Source: Myxococcota bacterium (GTDB lineage: Bacteria > Myxococcota_A > UBA9160 > UBA6930). From it: DNA of 64,000 bases. The notes below the pieces were generated by a model. The model made no database searches, was not told where the DNA came from, and was given only the letters and a program-made list of their open reading frames with translations. Positions 47,650 to 57,620 of the stretch are shown in pieces (the first letter of the stretch is position 1; every line of letters begins with the position of its first letter). Location: the NCBI GenBank assembly GCA_965223705.1, contig OZ245015.1:3776001-3840000 (forward strand). Reading direction: 5' to 3'. The position numbers were made by a program, and so were the translations under genes.

Positions 47650-48498
47650 CTACGCGAAGAGAATGGTTCGAAAGCGTGCGAACCTCGCGAACCCCAACCC
47701 CTCGTACAGGCGCTGCGCCGGGAGATTGCCCTCGACCACCGCGAGCTGCACGTGGGAGGCGCCGGCCTCAAACGCCATTCGACACAGTTGCGAAACGCCC
47801 GCCGCAGCGAGCCCGTGCCGTCGCTTGTCGAGCGGCGTGTACACACCCTGGAGCAGCCAACCCGATGGGTTCTTGATGTCCGCGTAGCCGACGAAACCGA
47901 GGACGCCGTTGTGCTCGAGGACCTGCGCGCGCGGAAGCCGCGCCGCGACCCAGGATCGAAACGCCGCAGGGTCACCGCGAAACGGATCGGGACGATCTTC
48001 TTCGCGGAGGCTCTGCCGCGCCGCGTCGACGAGCTCCGGGAGGTCGCTCCTCTCTGCCGCTCGCCCCCTGGCACCTTCGGGCAGCGGTGCCTCCTTCAGG
48101 GTGTCGGGACGAACGGCGTACCCCCACTCGATGCGGTCGAGGGCTTTGCGCCGGCCGGAAGCGCGAATCCCCGACCACAGCGGGTCCGCCTGCGTCACCG
48201 GAGCCTTGATCAGACCCGAGGTCGTCGAGGCGAAGTACGGGAGAAACGCGCTGACCCAATCGGGAGCCGCGTCGACTTCGAGTGCCATCAGGGGCTGAAG
48301 CGTCGCGACGCAACCGATGCCCGACGGAGATTCGCCTACGAGCACCTGCGCTTCGGGCTCGCCGGGTTGCGGCGGGCGTCCGATGCGCTCGGCCGCATCG
48401 ATGAGCAGCAGATTGTCTCGCGAGCGGCGCCTCAAGCGATCGAGGATGGCTTCACGATCGGAAGGTTTGGCCCTCCGAATCACGGGGTCGAACGACAC
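47650..48498 (-). CDS. GNAT-family N-acetyltransferase
   Basis: GVYTPLDKRRHGLA, N.PAQRLYEGLGF. Confidence 0.85.
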   Translation of the reverse strand: MSFDPVIRRAKPSDREAILDRLRRRSRDNLLLIDAAERIGRPPQPGEPEAQVLVGESPSGIGCVATLQPLMALEVDAAPDWVSAFLPYFASTTSGLIKAPVTQADPLWSGIRASGRRKALDRIEWGYAVRPDTLKEAPLPEGARGRAAERSDLPELVDAARQSLREEDRPDPFRGDPAAFRSWVAARLPRAQVLEHNGVLGFVGYADIKNPSGWLLQGVYTPLDKRRHGLAAAGVSQLCRMAFEAGASHVQLAVVEGNLPAQRLYEGLGFARFARFRTILFA

Positions 48499-48714
48499 CT
48501 AATCGATCAGCGCGAGGATCGCCCCTTCCTCGATGCTGTCGCCTTCGTTGACGCGAAATTCAGCCACGCGCCCATCGCACGGCGCTTCGACGGGGATTTC
48601 CATCTTCATCGACTCGAGGATGATCAGAATGTCTCCCTCGGAGACGCTGTCGCCCACGGCCTTCTCGATCTTCCACACATTGCCCGTGATCTGGGCCTCC
48701 ACCTCCGTCGCCAT
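48499..48714 (-). CDS. Stand-alone biotinyl carrier protein
   Basis: LESMKMEIPVEAP biotinylation motif; GAGGAGG SD. Confidence 0.9.
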   Translation of the reverse strand: MATEVEAQITGNVWKIEKAVGDSVSEGDILIILESMKMEIPVEAPCDGRVAEFRVNEGDSIEEGAILALID

Positions 48715-48810
48715 TCCGCACCTCCTCGTTAGGTCGCGCGCCTAGCATAACCCGCGGCCGAGCCTTGGCCGGGACGAGGTGGCCGCTACCTTCGAGGGTC
48801 CGGAGTTTTC

Positions 48811-50307
48811 ATGCTCGAGACCCTGACCACGGGCTTCAAGAATGCCCGCGAGCGCCTGGCCGGCGCCCGCCAGCTCACCGACGAGAACGTCGGGGAAGCG
48901 CTTCGCGACGTGCGCATGTCACTTCTCGAGGCCGACGTCGATTTCGAGGTCGTGAAGAGCTTCTTGGCGCGGGTCAAGGAGCGGAGCCTCGGCGAGAAGG
49001 TGAAGACCCGGGTCAAGGACGCCGCCGGCCGGGTCCATCGGGTCACGCCGGGTCAGCACTTCGTCTCGATCTGCGAGCAAGAGCTCGCCGAGCTGATGGG
49101 CCCCGTCGATCCGGAGCTCTCCCCGAAAGACGGCGTGGCGTCGATTATGCTGGCAGGCCTGCAGGGTGTGGGTAAAACCACAGTCGCCGCCAAGCTCGCG
49201 AAGCACCTCAGCGATCAGGGAAAGAAGACTCTCCTCGTCGCAGCGGATACCTACCGACCGGCGGCTGTCGACCAGCTCATCACCTTGGGCGGGCGAATCC
49301 ACATCCCGGTCCACACGGGCGCGCCCGGCGATGCGCCGCCCGCGATTTGCGCCGCAGCTCGGGAGCGGGTTCGACGCGAGGGATTCACCGCCGTCATCTA
49401 CGACACGGCCGGGCGGCTCGCCGTCGATGAGTCCCTGATGGCCGAACTCGCGGAAATCCATCGGGAAACGGCGCCGGCCCACACGCTGTTGGTGTGTGAC
49501 GCCCTGATGGGCCGTGACGCGGTCAACGTCGCCAAGGCGTTCCACGAGCAGCTGCCGCTCGACGGTCTCATCCTGACCAAGCTCGACGGTGACGCACGCG
49601 GCGGGGCGGCGCTGGCGATCAAGGCCGTCACCGGTGTGCCCATCAAGTTCCTGGGCACCGGTGAAGCCCTCGATCGTCTCGAGAGCTTTCGCCCCGAAGG
49701 GCTTGCGTCGCGCATCCTCGGCATGGGGGATGTCGTCGGGCTCGTCCAGGATTTCGAAGCCGTCGTCGACGCCGATCAGGCGGAGAAAGACGCGGAGAAG
49801 CTCCTGTCGGGGCGCTTCGGAATGGACGACCTGCTCTCCCAGCTCCGCGTCATCCAAAAAATGGGGCCGCTGCGAGACGTCCTCGGGAAGTTGCCCATGT
49901 TTGGCGACATGGCCGAAAAGGTCGACCCCCAGGAGCTCGTCCGGGTCGAGTCCATGATCCAATCGATGACACCGCGAGAGCGCAAGCTCCCGGAGGAAAT
50001 CGACGCGAGCCGAGCCCGGCGCATCGCCCGCGGCAGCGGGCGGAGCGAGAAGGACGTCAACGGACTGATCGAACGGTTCGGGCAGATGCGCGATCTGATG
50101 GGACAACTGGGTTCCGGTAAGGGACCCTTCGGAAAGATGGGACTCGGCGGTTTGGCGGGCGCCGGGGCCGGCGGGATGGGCGATCCCAGTATGCTCGGTG
50201 GCTTCGGGGGCGCAGCTGCACCCCGGGTCGACAACAAGCGCCGGCAAGCACAGAAACGGAAGCGGAAGCAAGCGCGCAAGGACCGGAAAAAGCGCCGGAA
50301 GCGCTAG
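48811..50307 (+). CDS. ffh: Signal recognition particle protein Ffh
   Basis: SLLEADV, GLQGVGKTT, DTYRPAA, DTAGR, TKLDGDARGG, SRILGMGD, M domain SMTPRER...SRARRIARGSG. Confidence 0.96.
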   Translation: MLETLTTGFKNARERLAGARQLTDENVGEALRDVRMSLLEADVDFEVVKSFLARVKERSLGEKVKTRVKDAAGRVHRVTPGQHFVSICEQELAELMGPVDPELSPKDGVASIMLAGLQGVGKTTVAAKLAKHLSDQGKKTLLVAADTYRPAAVDQLITLGGRIHIPVHTGAPGDAPPAICAAARERVRREGFTAVIYDTAGRLAVDESLMAELAEIHRETAPAHTLLVCDALMGRDAVNVAKAFHEQLPLDGLILTKLDGDARGGAALAIKAVTGVPIKFLGTGEALDRLESFRPEGLASRILGMGDVVGLVQDFEAVVDADQAEKDAEKLLSGRFGMDDLLSQLRVIQKMGPLRDVLGKLPMFGDMAEKVDPQELVRVESMIQSMTPRERKLPEEIDASRARRIARGSGRSEKDVNGLIERFGQMRDLMGQLGSGKGPFGKMGLGGLAGAGAGGMGDPSMLGGFGGAAAPRVDNKRRQAQKRKRKQARKDRKKRRKR

Positions 50308-50354
50308 CCAGGCTGCATCAGGTCGGACGGCTGGCGGCCGATACAAAGCCGAAG

Positions 50355-53021
50355 ATGGACGCGACGCGACTCATGCACGACCCGACCCGAATCGGGCCCA
50401 GGCTCCTCTTGGTTCTCGCCCTGGCCCTCCTTTTCCCAGGCGCTGCGCCGGCCGGCGCGGACGAGCGCTTTCCGAAACCGGAAAGCGTCGCGAAACGCGT
50501 CGAGTTCTGGAAACGCGTCTACTCCGAAGCCGAAACGAATTCCGGCTATCTCCACGACGCGAAAGATCTCAGCATCGTGTACGAGAAAATTCACGTCGGC
50601 AAGGTTTCGCCGCGTGTCCGCGAGCGCAAAGTCAAGCCCGCACGCTCGCGTTACAAGAAGATCCTCACGAAGCTCGGGAAGGGCGTGCGAACCGGCCTTT
50701 CGAAAGAAGAACAGCGCGTATTGGATTTGTTTCCGCCGGGTACGTCCAACGCGACGTTCCGTGCTTCCGCGCAGCGCGTTCGCTTTCAGCTCGGTCAAGC
50801 GGACCGGTTCCGCGAAGGCCTGGTGCGTATGGGACGGTGGGAACCGTACATTCGCGATGTCCTTCGCGAACACAACTTGCCCGAGGAGTTGATCGCGATT
50901 CCCCACGTGGAATCGTCGTACAACCCGAACGCATTGTCCCACGCCGGCGCGTCGGGGATCTGGCAGTTCACGCGCAGTACCGGCCGACAGTTCATGCGCG
51001 TGAACCACTACATCGACGAACGCCGCGATCCGTTTCTCGCGACCGTCGCCGCCGCGCGCCTGTTGAAACGCAACTACGAGATCACGAAGAGCTGGCCGCT
51101 CGCGATCACTGCTTACAACCACGGAGCGGCGGGCATGCGCCGCGCCGCGAAACGCTTGGGCACCCGGAACATCGGAACGATCACCGAGAAGTACACGAGT
51201 CGAACGTTCGGCTTCGCTTCGCGCAACTTCTACGCGTCCTTCCTCGCGGCGCTCGAAATCGAGAAGAATCCCGAACGTTATTTTCCGTCGGTTTCGGGCT
51301 CCTCGGCGGAGCCCCGGCAAGTGGTCGCGCTCGACGCCTACTACCAGGTGTCTTCGCTCTCCCAGGCGTTGGGAACACCGGTCGACGTCCTGAAGCAACT
51401 GAACCCCGCGCTGCTGAAGCCGATTTGGTCGGGGCAGAAGCACGTGCCGAAGGGGTACCTCCTGCGCGTGCCCACATCGATCGATCCCGCCCCGAAGATC
51501 GCCGCGCTGCCGAGCTCGGTGCGCTACGCGAAGCAAGTTCGCGATCGCTACTACCGCGTGCGTCGGGGCGACACGCTCTCCACCATCGCGCGTCGCTTCG
51601 GCGTGTCCCAGCGGTCGCTGGTTCGCGCGAACTCGCTGCGCAGCAAGCACCGCATCCGCGTGGGGCAGCGGCTGGAAATTCCGGGGCGTGCGGGAGCTCC
51701 CGTCGATGTCCCGGTGCTCGCGAAGGCACCCGGTGCGAAGCTCGCTCAGGTCGGTCCGACGACCTATCGCGTGCGTCGAGGTGACAACCTGGCGATCATC
51801 GCGAAACGCCACGGAGTCACGATCGGCGCGATCCAGCGCGAGAACAAGCTCCGCAATCGAAACCGCATTCACGCCGGACAGGTGCTGCGCATTCCCGGTC
51901 ACACCGCCGCGCCCCGGCCGCAACCGGCGCCGGCGGAACGGCCGGACGTGTACGTCGTCCGCCGCGGCGACAGCTTGCACCACATCGCGCGCCGCTTCGG
52001 CGTGACGATTGCGGAGCTCGTCGAATGGAACGGCATCGGGCGCCGCCGCATCATTCATCCGGGACAACGCTTGAAGCTGCGGCCCGAGGGCAAGTCAGGG
52101 AGCGTCGCGACGGCGGCCGAAGCGACGGCGCAGACGTCCCAACCGGCGGAAACCACCGCTCGAAACGAGGCGGCGACGGCCGAACCGGACGGGGCGGAGG
52201 AAGCCACCTCGGAGGAGCTCACACTCCCTGCGGACCCGTCGATGCCGACCCTCGATACGTCGACGGGCCGCTCCGGAGCGTCGACTCCAACCCTGTCCGG
52301 CGAGCCGGTCACGCCGGCGCCGCGGCCGTCCTGGGGGCAACCCCCGGACTCGGCGCCGACAGCGTTGGGGCAACCCCCGGACTCGGCGCCGACAGCGTTG
52401 GGGCAACCCCCGGACTCGGCGCCGAACGCTGCGACGCGGACGCCCACCGAGCCGCTCCTCGTTGATTCGCCCGAAGCGGTCGACCACGCGTTCGAAGCCG
52501 CGTTTCCAGCTTCCCCGGACCCAGCGCTTTCGGGCGACGCCCCGGCGACGACCCCCCTCCTCTCAATCACCGAGAGCGGGACGCTGCCGCGCGACCGCGG
52601 TCGCTACCGCGTTCTCGATGGGCACGTGCGCGTGCAACCCGAGGAGACCCTCGGGCATTACGCGGACTGGCTCGGGGTCTCCGCGACCCGACTGCGCCGC
52701 TTGAACGGGATGCCTCCCGGTCGCACGCTGCAGCTCGGACAAAGCGTGCGCCTCGATCTCTCGAGAGTCGACGCGAACGCCTTCGAAGCGCGGCGCCTCG
52801 CCCACCACCGGGCGCTGCAAGAAGCTTTCTTCTCGGCGTTCACGGTTTCGGGAACCGAGGTCCGGGTGCTGAAAAAGGGCGAAACCCTGTGGCAGATCTC
52901 GCGTCAGGGCGGCGGTATTCCCGTCTGGCTCCTGCAGGCGCACAACCCGCAAGTCGACCTCGGGTCGCTTCGCGCGGGTGAGCGGCTCCACATCCCGCGC
53001 GTGGCTCCCGCGGGCTCCTAG
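50355..53021 (+). CDS. Lytic transglycosylase with multiple LysM domains (MltD-like)
   Basis: VESSYNPNALSHAGASGIWQF, AITAYNHG, LysM repeats (YRVRRGDTL, YRVRRGDNL, YVVRRGDSL), Pro/Thr-rich linker, two further LysM-like units. Confidence 0.9.
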   Translation: MDATRLMHDPTRIGPRLLLVLALALLFPGAAPAGADERFPKPESVAKRVEFWKRVYSEAETNSGYLHDAKDLSIVYEKIHVGKVSPRVRERKVKPARSRYKKILTKLGKGVRTGLSKEEQRVLDLFPPGTSNATFRASAQRVRFQLGQADRFREGLVRMGRWEPYIRDVLREHNLPEELIAIPHVESSYNPNALSHAGASGIWQFTRSTGRQFMRVNHYIDERRDPFLATVAAARLLKRNYEITKSWPLAITAYNHGAAGMRRAAKRLGTRNIGTITEKYTSRTFGFASRNFYASFLAALEIEKNPERYFPSVSGSSAEPRQVVALDAYYQVSSLSQALGTPVDVLKQLNPALLKPIWSGQKHVPKGYLLRVPTSIDPAPKIAALPSSVRYAKQVRDRYYRVRRGDTLSTIARRFGVSQRSLVRANSLRSKHRIRVGQRLEIPGRAGAPVDVPVLAKAPGAKLAQVGPTTYRVRRGDNLAIIAKRHGVTIGAIQRENKLRNRNRIHAGQVLRIPGHTAAPRPQPAPAERPDVYVVRRGDSLHHIARRFGVTIAELVEWNGIGRRRIIHPGQRLKLRPEGKSGSVATAAEATAQTSQPAETTARNEAATAEPDGAEEATSEELTLPADPSMPTLDTSTGRSGASTPTLSGEPVTPAPRPSWGQPPDSAPTALGQPPDSAPTALGQPPDSAPNAATRTPTEPLLVDSPEAVDHAFEAAFPASPDPALSGDAPATTPLLSITESGTLPRDRGRYRVLDGHVRVQPEETLGHYADWLGVSATRLRRLNGMPPGRTLQLGQSVRLDLSRVDANAFEARRLAHHRALQEAFFSAFTVSGTEVRVLKKGETLWQISRQGGGIPVWLLQAHNPQVDLGSLRAGERLHIPRVAPAGS
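52334..52425 (+). repeat. In-frame 33-bp tandem repeat (about 2.8 copies, GQPPDSAPTAL)
   Basis: GGGGCAACCCCCGGACTCGGCGCCGACAGCGTT twice, then a 26-bp partial third copy. Confidence 0.95.
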
Positions 53022-53029
53022 GCGCCCCC

Positions 53030-53707
53030 TCAAATAACCTGAAAGATCGTTTCGTCGGGCAGACGGATCGCCGTGAGCGGCCCTCCGTAGACGGCTCCGG
53101 TGTCGATTCCGAGGCTCCACGGCTCGTTCCAGCGAACCGCGAAATCGGCTCGAGGCGTGTGTCCGTACACGACGGTGACACCCAAGGTGTGAGTCAGCTC
53201 CGTCGTACTCCGATTCCACAGGAGGTCTTCGGGTCGCGCTTTGCGCATCGCGAACAGCAGGTCGCCCGATTCGAGCTCGCGTCGACCCAGGCCCGCGTGG
53301 ACGAACAAGTAGTCCCCGTCTTGATGGTGTAGGACCAGACTCTCAAAAAAGCGGCGGTGATCATCGGGGAGCTCGAACGCCTGATCTTCGCGCTTGCAAT
53401 CGAAGAAGCCGTAGCTCGCGAGGGTTCGATCCCCGCCGTTCATCAAGAACGCGTCGCCTCCGAAATACGCTTCGTTCTTCCAGCCGAGGAAGTCGAGAAA
53501 CATCGATTCGTGGTTGCCGAGTAGGAACACGCACGGGTAGCAATCGGCGAGAGCGACGAGGCGGGACACCACCCCGCATGAGTCGGGGCCGCGGTCGACA
53601 TAGTCGCCGAGGAAGACCAGACGGTCTCCCGGCCCGAGCGGGAGCTTGTCGAGCAGCGCGTCGAGTTTGTCGAGCTCGCCGTGAATATCACCGATGGCGT
53701 AGAGCAT
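53030..53707 (-). CDS. Metallophosphoesterase (PPP-type Ser/Thr phosphatase family)
   Basis: GDIHG, GDYVDRG, GNHE, VHAG, YGHTP, IDTGA. Confidence 0.92.
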   Translation of the reverse strand: MLYAIGDIHGELDKLDALLDKLPLGPGDRLVFLGDYVDRGPDSCGVVSRLVALADCYPCVFLLGNHESMFLDFLGWKNEAYFGGDAFLMNGGDRTLASYGFFDCKREDQAFELPDDHRRFFESLVLHHQDGDYLFVHAGLGRRELESGDLLFAMRKARPEDLLWNRSTTELTHTLGVTVVYGHTPRADFAVRWNEPWSLGIDTGAVYGGPLTAIRLPDETIFQVI

Positions 53708-54794
53708 CTCCAGAACGGTTTTTCGTCTGGTGGAAAGCACTACTTGACCGTCTCGAGCCCTCGCTGCGAAGGGCGAGCTGACCGCACGCGGCGCCGATCT
53801 CAGATCCCCGGCTTCGCCGCAGCGTTATGGGGATTCCACCCCGCGACACCACGCCCATGAACGCATCGACGGTCGCTTCGTCGGGTGCTCGATAGGGCGA
53901 GCCCGGATGGGGGTTTACGGGAATGAGGTTCAACTTGGAAGGAACGCGCCGGAGCCAGGGCAGGAGCCGCCTGGCATCTTCGGGGGCGTCGTTCACCCCG
54001 GCGAGCAGCGTGTACTCGAAGAACACGGGATGTCGGCGCGACAGCCGCGGCAGTGCCTCGAGCGCCTCAAAGAGCGTCTCCAGCGGAAAACGCCGGTTCA
54101 GCGGGACCAGGTCGTCGCGCACCGCGTCGGTCGCAGCGTGGAGGGAAACGGCGAGGTTGATCGGTACGCGCTCGACCAGTTCGCGGATCCGCGGAACGAG
54201 ACCTGCCGTCGACACCGTGACGCGCCGAGGCGCGAGACCGACGCCCTTGGGGTCGATCAACGTACCGACGGCCCGAACCACCGCCGGCAGGTTCAGAAGC
54301 GGCTCGCCCATCCCCATGAAAACGACGTTGGTAATGGGTCGCCGCTCCGGTGCGAACCGCCGCATGACGCAAAACTGATCGACGATCTCTGCCGCTTTCA
54401 GGTTGCGCCGGAACCCGAGCTCGCCCGTCGCGCAGAACGAGCACGCGAGCGCGCAACCGACCTGACTTGAAACGCAAAGCGTGAGGCGTTCGTCTTCGGG
54501 GATGAGCACCGACTCGATCCGTTGCCCGTCGTCGGCGGTGAGGATCGCTTTCACCGTTCCGTCGTGCGCGCGGTCGACGCGCTCGACGTCGAGAGCCGCC
54601 ATCCGGTAGTTCTCGGTGAGCCACGATCGCGTGGCGCGATCGAGGTCGGTCATAGCCGAGGGATCCTCGACGCCGCGACCGTAGACCCACGCCGAGACTT
54701 GATCCGCCCGGTAGGCCGGGAGCCCCTGCGCCGCGAATCGATCGCGTAGCGAATCGCGATCGAAGTCCTTCAGGTACGGAGGCGCCTCGTTCAC
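53688..54794 (-). CDS. rlmN: 23S rRNA/tRNA m2A methyltransferase RlmN (radical SAM)
   Basis: CVSSQVGCALACSFCATG, FMGMGEPL, LAVSLHA, AACGQL. Confidence 0.96.
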   Translation of the reverse strand: MNEAPPYLKDFDRDSLRDRFAAQGLPAYRADQVSAWVYGRGVEDPSAMTDLDRATRSWLTENYRMAALDVERVDRAHDGTVKAILTADDGQRIESVLIPEDERLTLCVSSQVGCALACSFCATGELGFRRNLKAAEIVDQFCVMRRFAPERRPITNVVFMGMGEPLLNLPAVVRAVGTLIDPKGVGLAPRRVTVSTAGLVPRIRELVERVPINLAVSLHAATDAVRDDLVPLNRRFPLETLFEALEALPRLSRRHPVFFEYTLLAGVNDAPEDARRLLPWLRRVPSKLNLIPVNPHPGSPYRAPDEATVDAFMGVVSRGGIPITLRRSRGSEIGAACGQLALRSEGSRRSSSAFHQTKNRSGDALRHR

Positions 54795-55435
54795 CGGCCC
54801 GTCTTCCGGTAGCGCCAGAAGTGGAGCGCTCGGTCCTCTTCGCGCCACATGAGTTCATAGGCCGTCGGCAGCCGCCCCGGCATCTCCCGCACGAAACGGT
54901 CGGGAGCGAGCGCGTTTTCGAGGCCGGGCACCGCCGCGAGCCGCTCATCGATCCACTCCGCATAGCCGATGTGATCCGTCGCGATTTCCAAGTGCCCGCC
55001 GACACGCAGGCGGCGGCACAAGAGCTCCATGAACGGGCGCGTCAACATACGGCGCCGATGGTGACGGGTCTTGGGCCAGGGATCCGGAAAGTTGATCCAG
55101 AACGTCGTGACACTCTCGTCTTCGAGCGCGTCCCGAACCACCGCTTCACCCGTTCCGTGAACGAATCGCAGGTTGCGCAGTTCGCTCCGCGCGGTTCGCC
55201 GGGCCATTTTCAGCACGCGCTTGTACAACAGCTCGACTCCGACGTGAGCGGTTCGAGGTGCAGATTCCGCCAAGTGAGCGAGAAACTCCCCGCGGCCAAA
55301 GCCCAGCTCGACGACGAGCTCGAGCGGCGCAGGCGCGTCGTCTCCAAACACCGCCGGCCAACCTTTCTCGCGGACTTCCTCGATCGGGACACGGAGGTCC
55401 GGGCCCGGCATATCGAGCTTCATCTTGCGCGCCAT
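54791..55435 (-). CDS. trmB: tRNA (guanine-N7)-methyltransferase
   Basis: ELGFGRG, NFPDPWPKTRHHRRR, ATDH, PTAYE. Confidence 0.95.
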   Translation of the reverse strand: MARKMKLDMPGPDLRVPIEEVREKGWPAVFGDDAPAPLELVVELGFGRGEFLAHLAESAPRTAHVGVELLYKRVLKMARRTARSELRNLRFVHGTGEAVVRDALEDESVTTFWINFPDPWPKTRHHRRRMLTRPFMELLCRRLRVGGHLEIATDHIGYAEWIDERLAAVPGLENALAPDRFVREMPGRLPTAYELMWREEDRALHFWRYRKTGR

Positions 55436-55467
55436 GGGGGAGAGAGTAGTCGACCGCGGTGGCGGCC

Positions 55468-56286
55468 TCAGTTCACCGCTTGCGGTTCTCCCGGTGTCGT
55501 CTGCCCGGTCAGGAGCAGCACCCGCCGCTTCACGATCTCGAAACGCCCGTTGTCGCTCTTGCGCAGGCTCCCGGGAAGCGAGCGTTGCTTGATCAGCGCG
55601 CTCGTGGCGGCGATGCGATTGCCCGTCGTCGGATGGCTCGACAGAAACTCAGGAGGTCTCGAGCCCCCCTTCCCCTCGAGCTTGCGAAAGAACGTCACCA
55701 ACCCGGTCGGGTCATATCCCGCGGCGATCAGCGCATCGACGGCGAATGCGTCGGCTTCTGCCTCAGCCTCTCGGCCGAACTTGTTGATGTAGCTCATCTC
55801 GGCAATCGTGCCGGCGACATGCGTCGCCTGGGCCACGCCGCCTCCGCCGAGAACCCCTGCCAGGATCACCGCGGCGTTCTTTCCGAGGTTCGCCGGTCGG
55901 CGCCGCGCGTAGTTTTCCGCGACATGGCGCTCGGCGACGTGGCCGATCTCGTGCGCGATGACTCCCGCCAGCTCTGACACATTGTCGGCCGTCGTGATCA
56001 CCCCGGAGTTGACGAAGATCTTCCCGCCAGGACCCGCCATGGCGTTGATCCCTTCGTTTTCGATCACCTGGAACTCGTAGTCGAAGGTCTGGGGGCCGAT
56101 GCTCCGAAGGATTTCCCGCCCGATCCGATCGACGTAGTCGACGACCGTTCGGTCACGCATGAGTACGACCTGAGTTTTGATCTGCCGCTCGAACTGGTCC
56201 GCCGCGGCGCGTTCGTCCTCCACGGTCATGGTCGCGCAGCCGAGAGCGAGCACGGTGGCGCCGAGGGCGAGAAACCTACGAAGCAT
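55468..56286 (-). CDS. M48-family metalloprotease lipoprotein
   Basis: Lipobox ALGC, INAMAGPGG, HEIGH, EAEAD, FLSSHP. Confidence 0.9.
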   Translation of the reverse strand: MLRRFLALGATVLALGCATMTVEDERAAADQFERQIKTQVVLMRDRTVVDYVDRIGREILRSIGPQTFDYEFQVIENEGINAMAGPGGKIFVNSGVITTADNVSELAGVIAHEIGHVAERHVAENYARRRPANLGKNAAVILAGVLGGGGVAQATHVAGTIAEMSYINKFGREAEAEADAFAVDALIAAGYDPTGLVTFFRKLEGKGGSRPPEFLSSHPTTGNRIAATSALIKQRSLPGSLRKSDNGRFEIVKRRVLLLTGQTTPGEPQAVN

Positions 56287-57445
56287 GGTCTTGACTTCTC
56301 TCCCGAAGGCTCTCGGTGACGCTGCGGATGATCGAAACAACGGAACGCTCGAATGAGTCATTTTCGACGATGGGCACCTGGTGCATTTCGGATAGTTCGA
56401 GCAAGTAGTCCTGAATACGCAAGATCGCGTCGAGGTTTTCGAGATAGCGATGCTGCGGACGATCCTTCGCGGATTCTCCACGCGTCGCGAACCGGCTCTT
56501 GAAAGCCTCGGAATCGAAGCTCGCGATCATCAGGAAGATAATTTCTGCGCGGTCTTTGTAGGGCGCCAAATCGAGCGCGCCCGGGACGAGCGATACACCG
56601 TCGAGAATCAGGTTCTCGTTCTCGGCAATCGCTCGATCCATCATGGCCTGTACGCCCACCGCCACCGAAGCGGCCTGAGAGCGGAACCCGTCGATAATCG
56701 CATCGTCCACGGGAATGTCGGGCAATGCCCGGTGGGCGTCGTACGAAGAGCGGTGTAGCGCCGGCATGAGTTCTGGCGACAACATGATCCTCATGACCTG
56801 TCGGATCGAGTCGGTCGAAATCACCCGAGACACCCCCAGGCGATACGCGACCTCACGAGCTAGAGACGTCTTGCCAGCTCCCGCGGTTCCACCGATGAGC
56901 AAGATGACCGGACGGACCGGATCATCCTGATAGCGGCGCCAGGCTCGGTAGCGCTCGGCGGCTCTCTCCCCGACCCGCTCGCAGAGCGACCGAAACGCCA
57001 GATCGCGCAGCTCTTTGCGATGCACTTCGGAAACACCTTGGGCCGTCAAACGACCTTCGATCTCTCGTGCGACCTCAAAAGCGTCGGTCGGGTCGATCGC
57101 AGCAGCCTGGAGAGACTGCGAAAGGAAGCCCTTCGAAAAAGGCATGCCGGAACCGCTCCCCACCACGCGGATCTGGGCGGCCGGAATCACGAAATCGACC
57201 GAGGCTACGTCCGCCACCAGGCGGGCGAGTTCCTCGCGCGTCACCTCATTCTGACCGCGAATCTTGTCTCGGACGCGATTCGCGACTTTCACGGCCTCGT
57301 CGAACGCCAAGCCCTTGCCGGTGAGCGAGTGAACCATGATGCCGCGCATAAACGGGCGCTCGCCGTGCGCGTCCGTGACGTACACGCGACCCGACCGTCG
57401 TCCGATCGCCGTTTCTTCGCGATCTGCGCGCTTTTGACCGCTCAC
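56276..57445 (-). CDS. 2-phosphoglycerate kinase-like protein with two ATP-cone-like domains
   Basis: PFMRGI and PFSKGFL cone-like starts; LIGGTAGAGKT, ISTDSIRQVMR, PALHRSSY, RYLENLDAILRIQDYL. Confidence 0.8.
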   Translation of the reverse strand: MSGQKRADREETAIGRRSGRVYVTDAHGERPFMRGIMVHSLTGKGLAFDEAVKVANRVRDKIRGQNEVTREELARLVADVASVDFVIPAAQIRVVGSGSGMPFSKGFLSQSLQAAAIDPTDAFEVAREIEGRLTAQGVSEVHRKELRDLAFRSLCERVGERAAERYRAWRRYQDDPVRPVILLIGGTAGAGKTSLAREVAYRLGVSRVISTDSIRQVMRIMLSPELMPALHRSSYDAHRALPDIPVDDAIIDGFRSQAASVAVGVQAMMDRAIAENENLILDGVSLVPGALDLAPYKDRAEIIFLMIASFDSEAFKSRFATRGESAKDRPQHRYLENLDAILRIQDYLLELSEMHQVPIVENDSFERSVVSIIRSVTESLRERSQDHAS

Positions 57446-57567
57446 CCGTCGAAACTACCCCAGGGTTCCCGCGAACGCCTCTGCCGGAACTCCGATCGGT
57501 GTCGTCTCGTCCGAGCCAAGTCACCGGAAACGCGATTGGTTTTGATACACGCGAGCGTTCGAAGGCG

Positions 57568-57597
57568 TTGACTCGAGCCCGCTGCGAAGTCTAGATT
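57568..57597 (+). promoter_or_regulatory. Putative sigma70 promoter of the ParA-CBM gene
   Basis: TTGACT-18 nt-TAGATT. Confidence 0.5.
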
Positions 57598-57620
57598 CTG
57601 CTCCGAGATCGGGGGGTCTC

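Noticed and set aside
44901..47876. 991-aa plus-strand ORF and many other long antisense or alternate-frame ORFs (e.g. 14073-16370, 22313-24178, 50304-52067)
   Set aside because: These are shadow ORFs opposite well-supported genes. They are expected in high-GC DNA and carry no recognisable motifs.
50307..50340. SRP RNA downstream of ffh
   Set aside because: Only a short GCCAG/CTGGC hairpin; the helix-8 GGAA tetraloop/AGCAG motif is missing and the gap is too short.
52334..52425. 33-bp repeats as CRISPR
   Set aside because: Head-to-tail with no spacers and in frame within a CDS.
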